64,000 nt of DNA from Eledone cirrhosa. Taxonomy: Eukaryota. The translations under genes were made by a program, and so were the position numbers. This document shows, piece by piece, positions 29,049-38,709 of the stretch (position 1 is its first letter; each line of letters begins with the position of its first letter). The notes under the pieces are model-generated. The model saw only the letters and a program-made list of their open reading frames with translations. It ran no database searches and had not been told where the DNA came from. The DNA lies in assembly GCA_964016885.1 (NCBI GenBank), contig OZ024742.1, positions 113,646,001 through 113,710,000 on the forward strand, read 5' to 3'.

Positions 29049-29093
29049 GTATTACCGGTTTCGATGTATAATTAAAATTCATTTTATCAAATG
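29049..29093 (-). ncRNA. minimal hammerhead motif, U3-A8 variant (decayed)
   Basis: Minus strand AT-TTGATAA-aATG[13 nt]CATc-GAAA-CCGG-TA-AT; palindromic CCGG stem III. Confidence 0.5.
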
Positions 29094-29604
29094 TTGAGTA
29101 TCGAAATAAAAATTAAAAAGGACTTAAATAGAAAAAAATAAATAAGAGTTAAAAAGAAAAAAATAAGGATTTAAAATTAAAATCAAATGTTGGAGTAAAT
29201 TTTCATCCATCCTTCTTGCTCAAAATTTGCTGATAAGTGAATATAACGGTAGACGCGTATCTTCACAGAACAGAGATGAAATGACACGTGTATATATATA
29301 TAAATATACACACACACATATACATATACATATGTGCGTGTGTGTGTGGATGTGCGTCATATATTTCCTATATATTTTTTATGTAAGATACTATCATAAG
29401 AATTGGCGAGTGAAAAAATGTAAGATCAATAGGTTTATGCACTTCAGCGAGATGAAATAAAACGGGGAGTGCTTTTAGAATGATTGCAAACTAGAGCTTT
29501 TCATAGAAACTAATTTAATACGACGGTTAGTTGTTCTTAAATCATTTAATCCTTAATTATTTAGGAATCTTTACATTAATTTCTTATATATATAGTTTTA
29601 TATA

Positions 29605-29880
29605 TGGTTAGAACGTTTGGTTCGATTCTCGGACTGGTTGCTGCGTTGTGTCATTGTCTAAAACACTTCATTTCCCATTACAAGAGTTTAGTCAGCTGTA
29701 GAAATGAGTTCCAACGTCACTGGTGCCAAGCTGTATAGGGTGTTGCCTTCACCTTGGAAAATATCGGTAGATTGGAGTGGGGAGTTGTTGTGCATGGTCA
29801 ACAAGAGGTCATCCCAAAACTATCTTTCCCACATCACAAGTTTATTCGTGACAGAAACTTGTCATTACACTTTTCTCTTG
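29605..29880 (+). mobile_element. CORE-type tRNA SINE (family B)
   Basis: GGTTCGATTCTC B box, then TTGTGTCATTGTCTAAAACACTT CORE-like segment and AGTCAGCTGTAGAAATGAGT. Confidence 0.6.
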
Positions 29881-29919
29881 TTGTATGTATATTATTAGTA
29901 ATCAAAGATACAATGAACA

Positions 29920-29981
<62 letters not shown>

Positions 29982-30072
29982 CGAAGGAAATGTGGTAAGG
30001 AACCAGGTGGACCATAACGCACCAAAGTACTCAATACTTGAGGTAGTAGAGTGGGTAATAGGAACCAGTAAG

Positions 30073-30166
30073 ACCCCGACAGCTGAGCTCAAGCCGTTTC
30101 GACGGCTAATTCTGGACTAAATGAACATTTATCCTGGTATTTAAATAGCCGATCTTCTCAAGGGGT
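30073..30166 (-). ncRNA. type I hammerhead ribozyme (U3-A8, extended stem II), inverted pLTR copy
   Basis: Reverse complement of 31405-31498. Confidence 0.85.
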
Positions 30167-31404
30167 AATTCCATATATGGTCAAAGTGATTGTCAAAAAT
30201 CAGTAGTAATTCTGTGGTTGCAAATTAGTGGGGAGATGGTGGCTAAACCTGCCAGTAGGAGAAAGAGGGGAGGGGGTGGAGTAGACCCAATCAAGCGTTG
30301 GTAGTGCCAGCTACAGCTGGGCATGAGGTCAAAGAAGATACAGGGGAGGGGGAGGGGGAGGAAGTCGGAACGGTAGGTAGAACAATGGGGGGTAAAGATA
30401 GGAAAGAAAAAATACTGAGAGTGCAGAAAAGCAAATAAGTGTAAAGAAAAAATTAAATTCTACGACCTAGGTGTCAGGTTATTGTTAAGCGAGAATAAAA
30501 TAAAGAAAGAAAGAAAGAAGTAAATAAATAAATAAATAAATAAATAAGGAAATAAGTAAAAGAACTAGGTGGGACGAATTAGGCAAGGACCCTTTTAAGA
30601 GGTATAAGTACGTAAATGATACGGTGACTGGTCAACAAAAGGGGCCAAAATACTAAAGAGACTACCACGAAATAAACAATAAAGGTTTCCATCCCGGGCC
30701 AGCAACGACCCAGTGCAGCAAAGTGAACTTGTACGACATAATAATTCTGAGTCCCGGGAAAAATATATACTAATGCTAACTCTAAAAGATCTAAAACAGG
30801 CTACATGAAAGTTCGTACGAAATAAAGGTAGAATACGGAGAAATAAGTTCAGAATCCACCCCGCCCAGAAGAAAAGCGAAGCAAGAAATACTGAAACGAA
30901 AAAATAAGGCATAAGTGCCACTAAGAAATATAGAGGGCACAGAGAATAGTGGGAGCGGTCGGAAAAGGGGGGCAAGTATCCGGGGTCTAAGCCAACTGCT
31001 ATAAAGGGCGGAGTCCGCCAAATCTATCAAAGACTAGGGGAGGGGGGAGTGGGGGTACTAAGGCTACATGGGGCCAAAGGAATTTAATTTTTTGGGATGT
31101 TCTTGGTAGAGAATTTAATTTTTTCTTTACACTTATTTGCTTTTCTTCACTCTCAGTATTTTTTCTTTCCTATCTTTACCCCCCATTGTTCTACCTACCG
31201 TTCCGACTTCCTCCCCCTCCCCCTCCCCTGTATCTTCTTTGACCTCATGCCCAGCTGTAGCTGGCACTACCAACTCTTGATTGGGTCTACTCCACCCCCT
31301 CCCCTCTTTCTCCTACTGGCAGGTTTAGCCACCATCTCCCCACTAATTTGCAACCACAGAATTACTACTGATTTTTGACAATCACTTTGACCATATATGG
31401 AATT

Positions 31405-31498
31405 ACCCCTTGAGAAGATCGGCTATTTAAATACCAGGATAAATGTTCATTTAGTCCAGAATTAGCCGTCGAAACGGCTTGAGCTCAGCTGTCGGGGT
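31405..31498 (+). ncRNA. type I hammerhead ribozyme (U3-A8, extended stem II), 5' pLTR copy
   Basis: ACCCC-TTGAGAA-GAtCGGCTA[37 nt]TAGCCGTC-GAAA-CGGCttgagctcaGCTG-TC-GGGGT; GUC cleavage predicted after 31493. Confidence 0.85.
31424..31456 (+). promoter_or_regulatory. candidate Pol II core promoter (TATA box + initiator) inside hammerhead stem II
   Basis: TATTTAAA at 31424 and Inr-like TTAGTC with A at 31453 (29-nt spacing); short family copies start at this A/G. Confidence 0.55.
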
Positions 31499-31683
31499 CT
31501 TACTGGTTCCTATTACCCACTCTACTACCTCAAGTATTGAGTACTTTGGTGCGTTATGGTCCACCTGGTTCCTTACCACATTTCCTTCGTTATCTAGCTC
31601 CTACTCCCGTAGTAGAGCACTTTCCGACCCTACCACGCCGTATCCAGACTTTTCCGCTAAGCTCAATTCATTTCACCCGCACC

Positions 31684-33837
31684 ATGCGAAAACACAACAT
31701 TGACTTCTCTACCAAGAACATCCCAATCCCACCGAAAAAACTTTACCTTCGGATGCTCACGCAAAAAATTGATCTATTTGCGAAAAGACTTAGATGGAGA
31801 ACTTTTTTCTATGACAGATATTGCGACAACCAAGACTTCGGCACCAAGGAGAGATTCGGATTTATTACCTACAAATCTCCGCCCCTGAACCCCTTGCTCG
31901 CACCCTTCGAGAATGACCTCTTCCAACTGGTCAAGAACATTAAATTTAAACCCAGACACAACCGATTCCTACAAAAACTCCGTAGCAACTTAACAGAGTA
32001 TGATAACACAAATGACATCATGGTGCATTCGGATAAAACTGGGAACCTATACTTTGTCAACCCTGACAGATACCACACACTGATCAGGAGCAGCCTAAAC
32101 TCCACCTATAAAAAGGCCAACCACTCTTGCATCGAGGACATAAATCGAGATGGACAACAAATCACCTCCAGCCTCGGGGTCGCCGACCGCACGGAACCTC
32201 TAGACCCACGGACACCATACTTCACACTGAAGGACCATAAATCCGATTTTGACCGTAAACCCTCCATCAGGCTTATTAACCCAACGAAGTCCGACATAGG
32301 GAGAATCAGCAAAAAAATCCTAGACCGCGTGATACCAAAAGTCAAGCAACACACCCGACTTAGCCTATGGATCAACACCCAGGAAGTAATCTCCTGGTTC
32401 AGCAATATGGAGGATAAACGAGAAACTAAATTCATACAGTTCGACATAGAGAGCTACTATGCTTCAATCACCTTACCGCTACTTACTGCCGCCTTGGACT
32501 TCGCCGAAACACTCGTGCCCATCACCGACCAGGAAAGAAAAATCATCCTCCACGCCAGGAAGACAGTCTTACTCTTTGACGACTCTAAATGGATAAAAAG
32601 AGCTCCCGACTCACCCTTCGACGTCAGCACGGGCGCCACAGATTCGGCGGAGGTCACTGATCTTATAGGATTATTCCTAATAGCCAAACTCACTGATATG
32701 TTTCCTGCATTCGGTGGTGGATTGTACCGTGATGATGGGCTCCTTACCCTTAAAGGGTACAACCCCAGTAGTACAGATCGGGTCCGGAAACAATTAATCA
32801 GATTCTTCCGCGACTGGGGATTTAAAATAACCCTACAAACGTCCCTGACCCGAGTAAACTTCCTGGACGTAACCCTCGACCTCGAAAACGACCTGTACTA
32901 CCCATACAGGAAACCTAATGACAATCTGCACTACATCCACCGCCGATCAAACCATCCTAGGAACATCACAAACAACCTGGTCAAAAACATCTCCCTCCGC
33001 ATATCCCGTTTGTCAGCTAATGAGCGGATATTCGATGAACATGCGCCTTATTACAACCAGGCCCTCAAGCGGAGTGGTTTCCGGGAGGAAATATCCTACT
33101 GTCCAGATCCCATTAGCGGAACCAGCAGGAGACACCGCCGCTCACGCAATGTAACATGGTTCAATCCTCCCCACAACGCAGAGGTGACTACTCCCATCGG
33201 GAAACTATTCTTTAGGCTCATTGAAAAACACTTCCCATTACAACACCGCTACCACAACATAATTAACAAAAATACCATCAAACTCTCTTACAGCACTACA
33301 CCAAACTTCGCACAAAACATCGTCTCCTCTAACAACAAAAAACTCAACCCCGATGGCAGAAATAACCTAAATAGCAGTGGAGAACCGACCAGGAGGTGTA
33401 ACTGCCCGGATAGATCTATTTGCCCACTCGACAATAGATGCAGAGACCGTAATGTGATCTACCAGTGCAACGTGAGGACGGATACCTCCAACAAAGCCTA
33501 TATAGGACTTACCGCATGTGACTTCAAGACCCGGCTATACCAACATAGACATACCTTCCGAAACCCGGCCCGGCGTCACGCCACTACACTTTCGGGCCAC
33601 ATATGGGACCTCAAGGACAACAACATCACCTATGATCTCACTTGGAGATTACTGTCCAGAGCCAATTCTTACACGGGAGGACGCCGTCCGTGCAATTTAT
33701 GCTCGGAGGAAACTTTACAAATGCTGTTTTCGACGGACCAACTCCTAAACAAGAAAGATGAACTGGTTACTGCATGTAAACATAGATTGCGTAGGACTTA
33801 CCTCGCCCTCAAACCCCATAATGACCCGGGGGGGTAG
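31684..33837 (+). CDS. PLE polyprotein: reverse transcriptase + CxC zinc linker + GIY-YIG endonuclease (717 aa from the first ATG)
   Basis: RT motifs FIQFDIESYYASI, GLYRDDGL, VNFLDVTLDL; linker CNCPDRSICPLDNRC; EN VIYQC...AYIGLT...FKTRLYQH...CNLCSEE...CKH; ATG at 31684 lies within the 31537-33837 open frame. Confidence 0.95.
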   Translation: MRKHNIDFSTKNIPIPPKKLYLRMLTQKIDLFAKRLRWRTFFYDRYCDNQDFGTKERFGFITYKSPPLNPLLAPFENDLFQLVKNIKFKPRHNRFLQKLRSNLTEYDNTNDIMVHSDKTGNLYFVNPDRYHTLIRSSLNSTYKKANHSCIEDINRDGQQITSSLGVADRTEPLDPRTPYFTLKDHKSDFDRKPSIRLINPTKSDIGRISKKILDRVIPKVKQHTRLSLWINTQEVISWFSNMEDKRETKFIQFDIESYYASITLPLLTAALDFAETLVPITDQERKIILHARKTVLLFDDSKWIKRAPDSPFDVSTGATDSAEVTDLIGLFLIAKLTDMFPAFGGGLYRDDGLLTLKGYNPSSTDRVRKQLIRFFRDWGFKITLQTSLTRVNFLDVTLDLENDLYYPYRKPNDNLHYIHRRSNHPRNITNNLVKNISLRISRLSANERIFDEHAPYYNQALKRSGFREEISYCPDPISGTSRRHRRSRNVTWFNPPHNAEVTTPIGKLFFRLIEKHFPLQHRYHNIINKNTIKLSYSTTPNFAQNIVSSNNKKLNPDGRNNLNSSGEPTRRCNCPDRSICPLDNRCRDRNVIYQCNVRTDTSNKAYIGLTACDFKTRLYQHRHTFRNPARRHATTLSGHIWDLKDNNITYDLTWRLLSRANSYTGGRRPCNLCSEETLQMLFSTDQLLNKKDELVTACKHRLRRTYLALKPHNDPGG

Positions 33838-34940
33838 ACTAGGGCTATAACACCCCAGTTGCCGATTTTGCAATGGGTAACCCCTGCTTGCCAAGGAAGA
33901 CGTAAGATCTTCTTTGTATTCTTTTATCGCATCCTTTATTTCCTTCCCCCCTCTCTCCTTTGTCCTTCTACCCCAGCTCTTCTCCTTTGTCGGCGTCTTT
34001 TCTCGCCCACCCGAGTTTGCCCTTTGGCCCCATGTAGCCTTAGTACCCCCACTCCCCCCTCCCCTAGTCTTTGATAGATTTGGCGGACTCCGCCCTTTAT
34101 AGCAGTTGGCTTAGACCCCGGATACTTGCCCCCCTTTTCCGACCGCTTCCACTATTCTCTGTGCCCTCTATATTTCTTAGTGGCACTTATGCCTTATTTT
34201 TTCGTTTCAGTATTTCTTGCTTCGCTTTTCTTCTGGGCGGGGTGGATTCTGAACTTATTTCTCCGTATTCTACCTTTATTTCGTACGAACTTTCATGTAG
34301 CCTGTTTTAGATCTTTTAGAGTTAGCATTAGTATATATTTTTCCCGGGACTCAGAATTATTATGTCGTACAAGTTCACTTTGCTGCACTGGGTCGTTGCT
34401 GGCCCGGGATGGAAACCTTTATTGTTTATTTCGTGGTAGTCTCTTTAGTATTTTGGCCCCTTTTGTTGACCAGTCACCGTATCATTTACGTACTTATACC
34501 TCTTAAAAGGGTCCTTGCCTAATTCGTCCCACCTAGATCTTTTACTTATTTCCTTATTTATTTATTTATTTATTTATTTACTTCTTTCTTTCTTTCTTTA
34601 TTTTATTCTCGCCTAACAATAGCCTGACACCTAGGTCGTAGAATTTAATTTTTTCTTTACACTTATTTGCTTTTCTTCACTCTCAGTATTTTTTCTTTCC
34701 TATCTTTACCCCCCATTGTTCTACCTACCGTTCCGACTTCCTCCCCCTCCCCCTCCCCCTCCCCTGTATCTTCTTTGACCTCATGCCCAGCTGTAGCTGG
34801 CACTACCAACGCTTGATTGGGTCTACTCCACCCCCTCCCCTCTTTCTCCTACTGGCAGGTTTAGCCACCATCTCCCCACTAATTTGCAACCACAGAATTA
34901 CTACTGATTTTTGACAATCACTTTGACCATATATGGAATT

Positions 34941-35034
34941 ACCCCTTGAGAAGATCGGCTATTTAAATACCAGGATAAATGTTCATTTAGTCCAGAATTA
35001 GCCGTCGAAACGGCTTGAGCTCAGCTGTCGGGGT
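34941..35034 (+). ncRNA. type I hammerhead ribozyme (U3-A8, extended stem II), 3' pLTR copy
   Basis: Identical to 31405-31498; cleavage predicted after 35029; the element ends 19 nt later at (TA)n. Confidence 0.85.
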
Positions 35035-35044
35035 CTTACTGGTT

Positions 35045-35086
<42 letters not shown>

Positions 35087-35119
35087 TTTCTATATATATA
35101 ATTATATATATATATATAT

Positions 35120-35327
35120 GAAAATGTTCAAGACCCCATCGGCAGAGCTAAAGCCGTTTCGACGGAGTCCAGAAAGCCGTTCTGGAGTCCAGAAATAGCT
35201 GTCGTAACGGCTTGAGCTCTCTGTCATCGAGGACTTGAACATTTTCCTACTACCCACTCTACTATAATTAGTATTGAGTACTCTAGTGCGTTGTGGTCCA
35301 GATGGTTACTTAACACACTTCCTTCGG
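35120..35327. mobile_element. diverged head-to-head pLTR fragment of the same PLE family
   Basis: Minus arm 35120-35165; plus arm starts AGTCCAGAAATAGCTGTCG at 35186 and ends CTTCCTTCG at 35326. Confidence 0.85.
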
Positions 35328-35793
35328 TGTGTAAGGCGGACCTTCGTAAATACCTGAAAATCCGCCTCTTCATTGCTGTAGTGGACTCTGTGATGTTGTG
35401 CGGGACTGAGACTTGGACACTGACCAAGAAACTCACTCAGATGGTGGATGGGTGCTACACGAGAATGCTTAGGAAGGTTCGGAACATTAATCAGTATTCA
35501 CTGAGGATGAAAAACTCAGAGCTGTATGGGAGCCTCCCAAATGTCAGCTCAAATGTGACACAGAGGAGAATTAGATTAGCTGGACATGCTCACCGACATC
35601 TAGAGTTGACATTGCACTCAGTGTTCCTGTGGGAGCTCCTACATGGACACACTGGAAGAGGAAGATCAAGGTTAACGTATGTCGATGCCTAAGGACTGAC
35701 ACTGGTATGTTGGAGTCGCAGGAAATGGCAGAGATGATGAGGGACAGCGACCACTGGAGAGAAGTCGTCCATGGATCTCGCGAATTTTACCCG

Positions 35794-35796
<3 letters not shown>
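35328..35796 (+). mobile_element. RTE-clade LINE 3' fragment
   Basis: LKIRLFIAVVDSVMLCGTETWTLTKKLTQMVDGCYTRMLR...RRIRLAGHAHRH...GRGRSRLTYVD; ends at (TA)n. Confidence 0.85.
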
Positions 35797-35884
<88 letters not shown>

Positions 35885-36083
35885 TGGTAACACAACCGAG
35901 AATAATTGTTTCGCATGAGCGGACCTTCAGATTCTACTCTGATGAACCGCTAATGTGAAACAATGGTTCTCGGTATGTTGAACTAACTGTGTTTCCAAAT
36001 CTACTTAACTCGTCCCATGGACTTAGTGCTCTACCACTACGGACATTACCTTCCAGTGTTCTCCCTCTATCTCTCGTTTTTAT

Positions 36084-36347
36084 TTTTTGTTCAGTTATAA
36101 TATACGGCTAGGAAAAGCGTTTTTCTTAGAGATAATTTACTGTAATCAGACTATTCTGAGTTTCTATCTCAATACATGCTTTGTTATATATATATATATA
36201 TAAACATACACATATAAATATAAATATAAATATATATATTTATATATATAAAAGCATCTATTGCGTTAGAAACTAAAAATAGTTTCATTACAGTAAATTA
36301 ACTCTAAGAAAAAAGCTTTTCCGAGCTTATTATAACTGAACAAAAAA
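36084..36347. repeat. about 100-bp diverged inverted repeat around a TA-rich spacer
   Basis: TTTTTTGTTCAGTTATAAT...AAAAGC.TTTTTCTTAGAG...ATGCTTT versus AAAGCAT...CTCTAAGAAAAAAGCTTTT...ATTATAACTGAACAAAAAA. Confidence 0.85.
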
Positions 36348-36510
36348 GAAAACCTAACGCAAACATTTACATATATGTGTTCAAATCGTAATGGACCAGA
36401 ATCGCTAAAGTGAAAAAAATACTAACTACAGACAATAGGGTTTGCCAAACTCAATTTAAGAATAAATCAAGAAAAATAAATACAAACCATAATTGTGGTA
36501 ACAACCAAAA

Positions 36511-36591
36511 ACCAGGACAGTTTTGATGAGAACTGTTTCGCAATATTATTTGTCAAAAGGAATTACCAAAGTCCTAGGCTCATCAGCGGGT
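36511..36591 (-). ncRNA. type I hammerhead ribozyme, canonical core, long stems II/III
   Basis: Minus strand ACCCG-CTGATGA-GC[36 nt]GC-GAAA-CAGTTctcatcaaAACTG-TC-CTGGT. Confidence 0.7.
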
Positions 36592-38031
36592 GAAGAAATT
36601 ATTAACCTTATAACTTCTAAATCTAATTAGAAACTGGATAATGTGTGTATATGTGACGCACATGGTTCCCAAATTTAGCGTGTATTGCAGACAATGGCCA
36701 CTAAAAATAGCACGTAAAGTTACAAGATGGACTATCGGCCAATACAAGCCCAAAACTCAGAAGAATATGGAGTATACATCTATTAAAGCTTAGGAAAGAT
36801 ATCAAGAAAAAGTTGGCTAAGATTATGAGTGAGCAGTTACAAACATATATATAGACCAAATAGCAAGGAAGTGATTAACATGTTGAACCCACATTGCAAA
36901 TATTGTATAATGCAAAAACTTGAAACAGAAAAGGTAATATAATGCGAGAATTACAGTACGATATATAATATAATATGATATAATAGATGGTGATAATAAA
37001 AACCTTAATATATGTATATATATATATCTATACATATACACATTAGTACACAAACTAACACTTATTAAGTATTTAAATATATATATATATATATTGTTGA
37101 CAGTATAATATAATAAAGATAAAAATAAGAATAAAGATAAAAATAAAAATAAAATATAATATATAATTCCCTGTCAGTGTGCATAAACAATATAAAAACA
37201 TTATAATAACATTATAATAACAATATTATAATATATTGGCATCAAAAGATATACAAAATTACATCATAAATATAATTCAAGGTTAACAAACAGCATAAAG
37301 TTTTACACAGGGTAAGAAAAAAACCATATAGAACTAAATTGTGTTGAAAAAATATTTATACCATTGTAACAAATACACGGAGGTCAAGTCATTTTACATT
37401 GGCATAAATATTACCAAAATATCACAAAATATTACAAAATATAACAGAACAGTACCTCAAATAACAGACATATATTAAAATCTATAATACGATTACATAA
37501 AAATGATATGATATAACAACGTTAATATCAAATAGCAAACAGAGTGTAAGGAAATGCTTAATATATATATTTACGTGGTTAACAAACACAGACATATATT
37601 AATGAAATTACATGATCAGACAGACAGCGTGTGGTAGTAAAAAAATAAATAAAATAAACCGAAGATCGAAAAACAAAAAAGAGAAAAGATAGAAATGTAA
37701 ACCGGCGAGTTGACTACAAAACCTTTTTAAATTAATTAATATTAAAAGTATTTAAAATACATATTTAGTCACTTAAAAATTGGCTAGTGTTTAAGTCATC
37801 AAAATCGTATAAGTTTAAGATATCTCAACAAAATTATCAAGAATAGAGTAAAATATGCTCCGTTCAGTCGAATAACGTTATCAAATAAAAGGACACTAAA
37901 TAGAACTATGGTAGACCATTGGGAACATAAAGAAGAGAGGTTATGGAGGATAGGAAGGAGCATAAAAGTAAAATCAATATATTATATAATATCATAAAAA
38001 GGAACATAAATATATATATATATATATAGTA

Positions 38032-38219
38032 ATAATTGCTTCTAGATTTGCTACAAAGCCAGCAATTATCCAGTACATTACTGGTACTTTATTTTATCGA
38101 CCCCGTAAGGATGAAAGGCAAAGTTGACCTCGGCGGAATTTGATCTCAGAATGGAAAGGGCCGTAACTCTATGCGTCAAAGCATTACGTCCGACCCGCTA
38201 CCGATACTGCCAATTCACC
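38032..38219 (-). mobile_element. tRNA-derived SINE, family A
   Basis: Matches family consensus. Confidence 0.9.
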
Positions 38220-38469
38220 TTCTTCTTCACCCATTTATTCCTGAGAGGGTTGTGGGGCCAGAGTCTTCAAACACTACCTCCAGTGGGTCTTGTCAGAAGC
38301 AACCATCTCCAAATGATCTGGCTGGATCCCCAAACAAGTCCAGTCAATCACAGTAATAATAATAAATTTGAAGACTCGATAAGCAGCAATCCTTTGCTTA
38401 ATCTTTAATCTGTTATGTTAATATATATATATATATGTGAGAAAAACCACAGACCCTCCATCTCTACTT

Positions 38470-38507
38470 TACTTTTGAAAAGCAGAACTGCGAAATCGGT
38501 AAAGGTA
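38470..38507 (+). ncRNA. minimal type I hammerhead, U3-A8 variant
   Basis: TACTT-TTGAAAA-GCAgaacTGC-GAAA-TCGG-TA-AAGGTA. Confidence 0.65.
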
Positions 38508-38571
38508 CCAAATATATATATATGTTTTTTTAAATAAGACTCCAGTTGCATTCTCGATTTCATCTTTTTTT

Positions 38572-38682
<111 letters not shown>

Positions 38683-38709
38683 TTTATATTTTTGTTTATT
38701 TATTTATTT

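Larger units (their letters stand above)
29979..35048 (+). mobile_element. full-length Penelope-like retrotransposon with inverted upstream pLTR, inserted in (TA)n
   Basis: Inverted pLTR 29979-31080, partial direct pLTR about 31110-31511, uninterrupted ORF, 3' pLTR to 35048; the pLTR copies are nearly identical; both flanks are (TA)n. Confidence 0.97.

Noticed and set aside
34071-34506. 79-aa and 126-aa ORFs duplicated at 30595-31030
   Set aside because: They lie in the pLTR, use non-ATG starts and are duplicated only because of the inverted repeat; T-rich composition explains the open frames
35893-35975. Head-to-head pair of CTGANG...GAAA motifs forming an inverted repeat
   Set aside because: Stems I and II do not pair convincingly; at best a decayed pLTR fold-back
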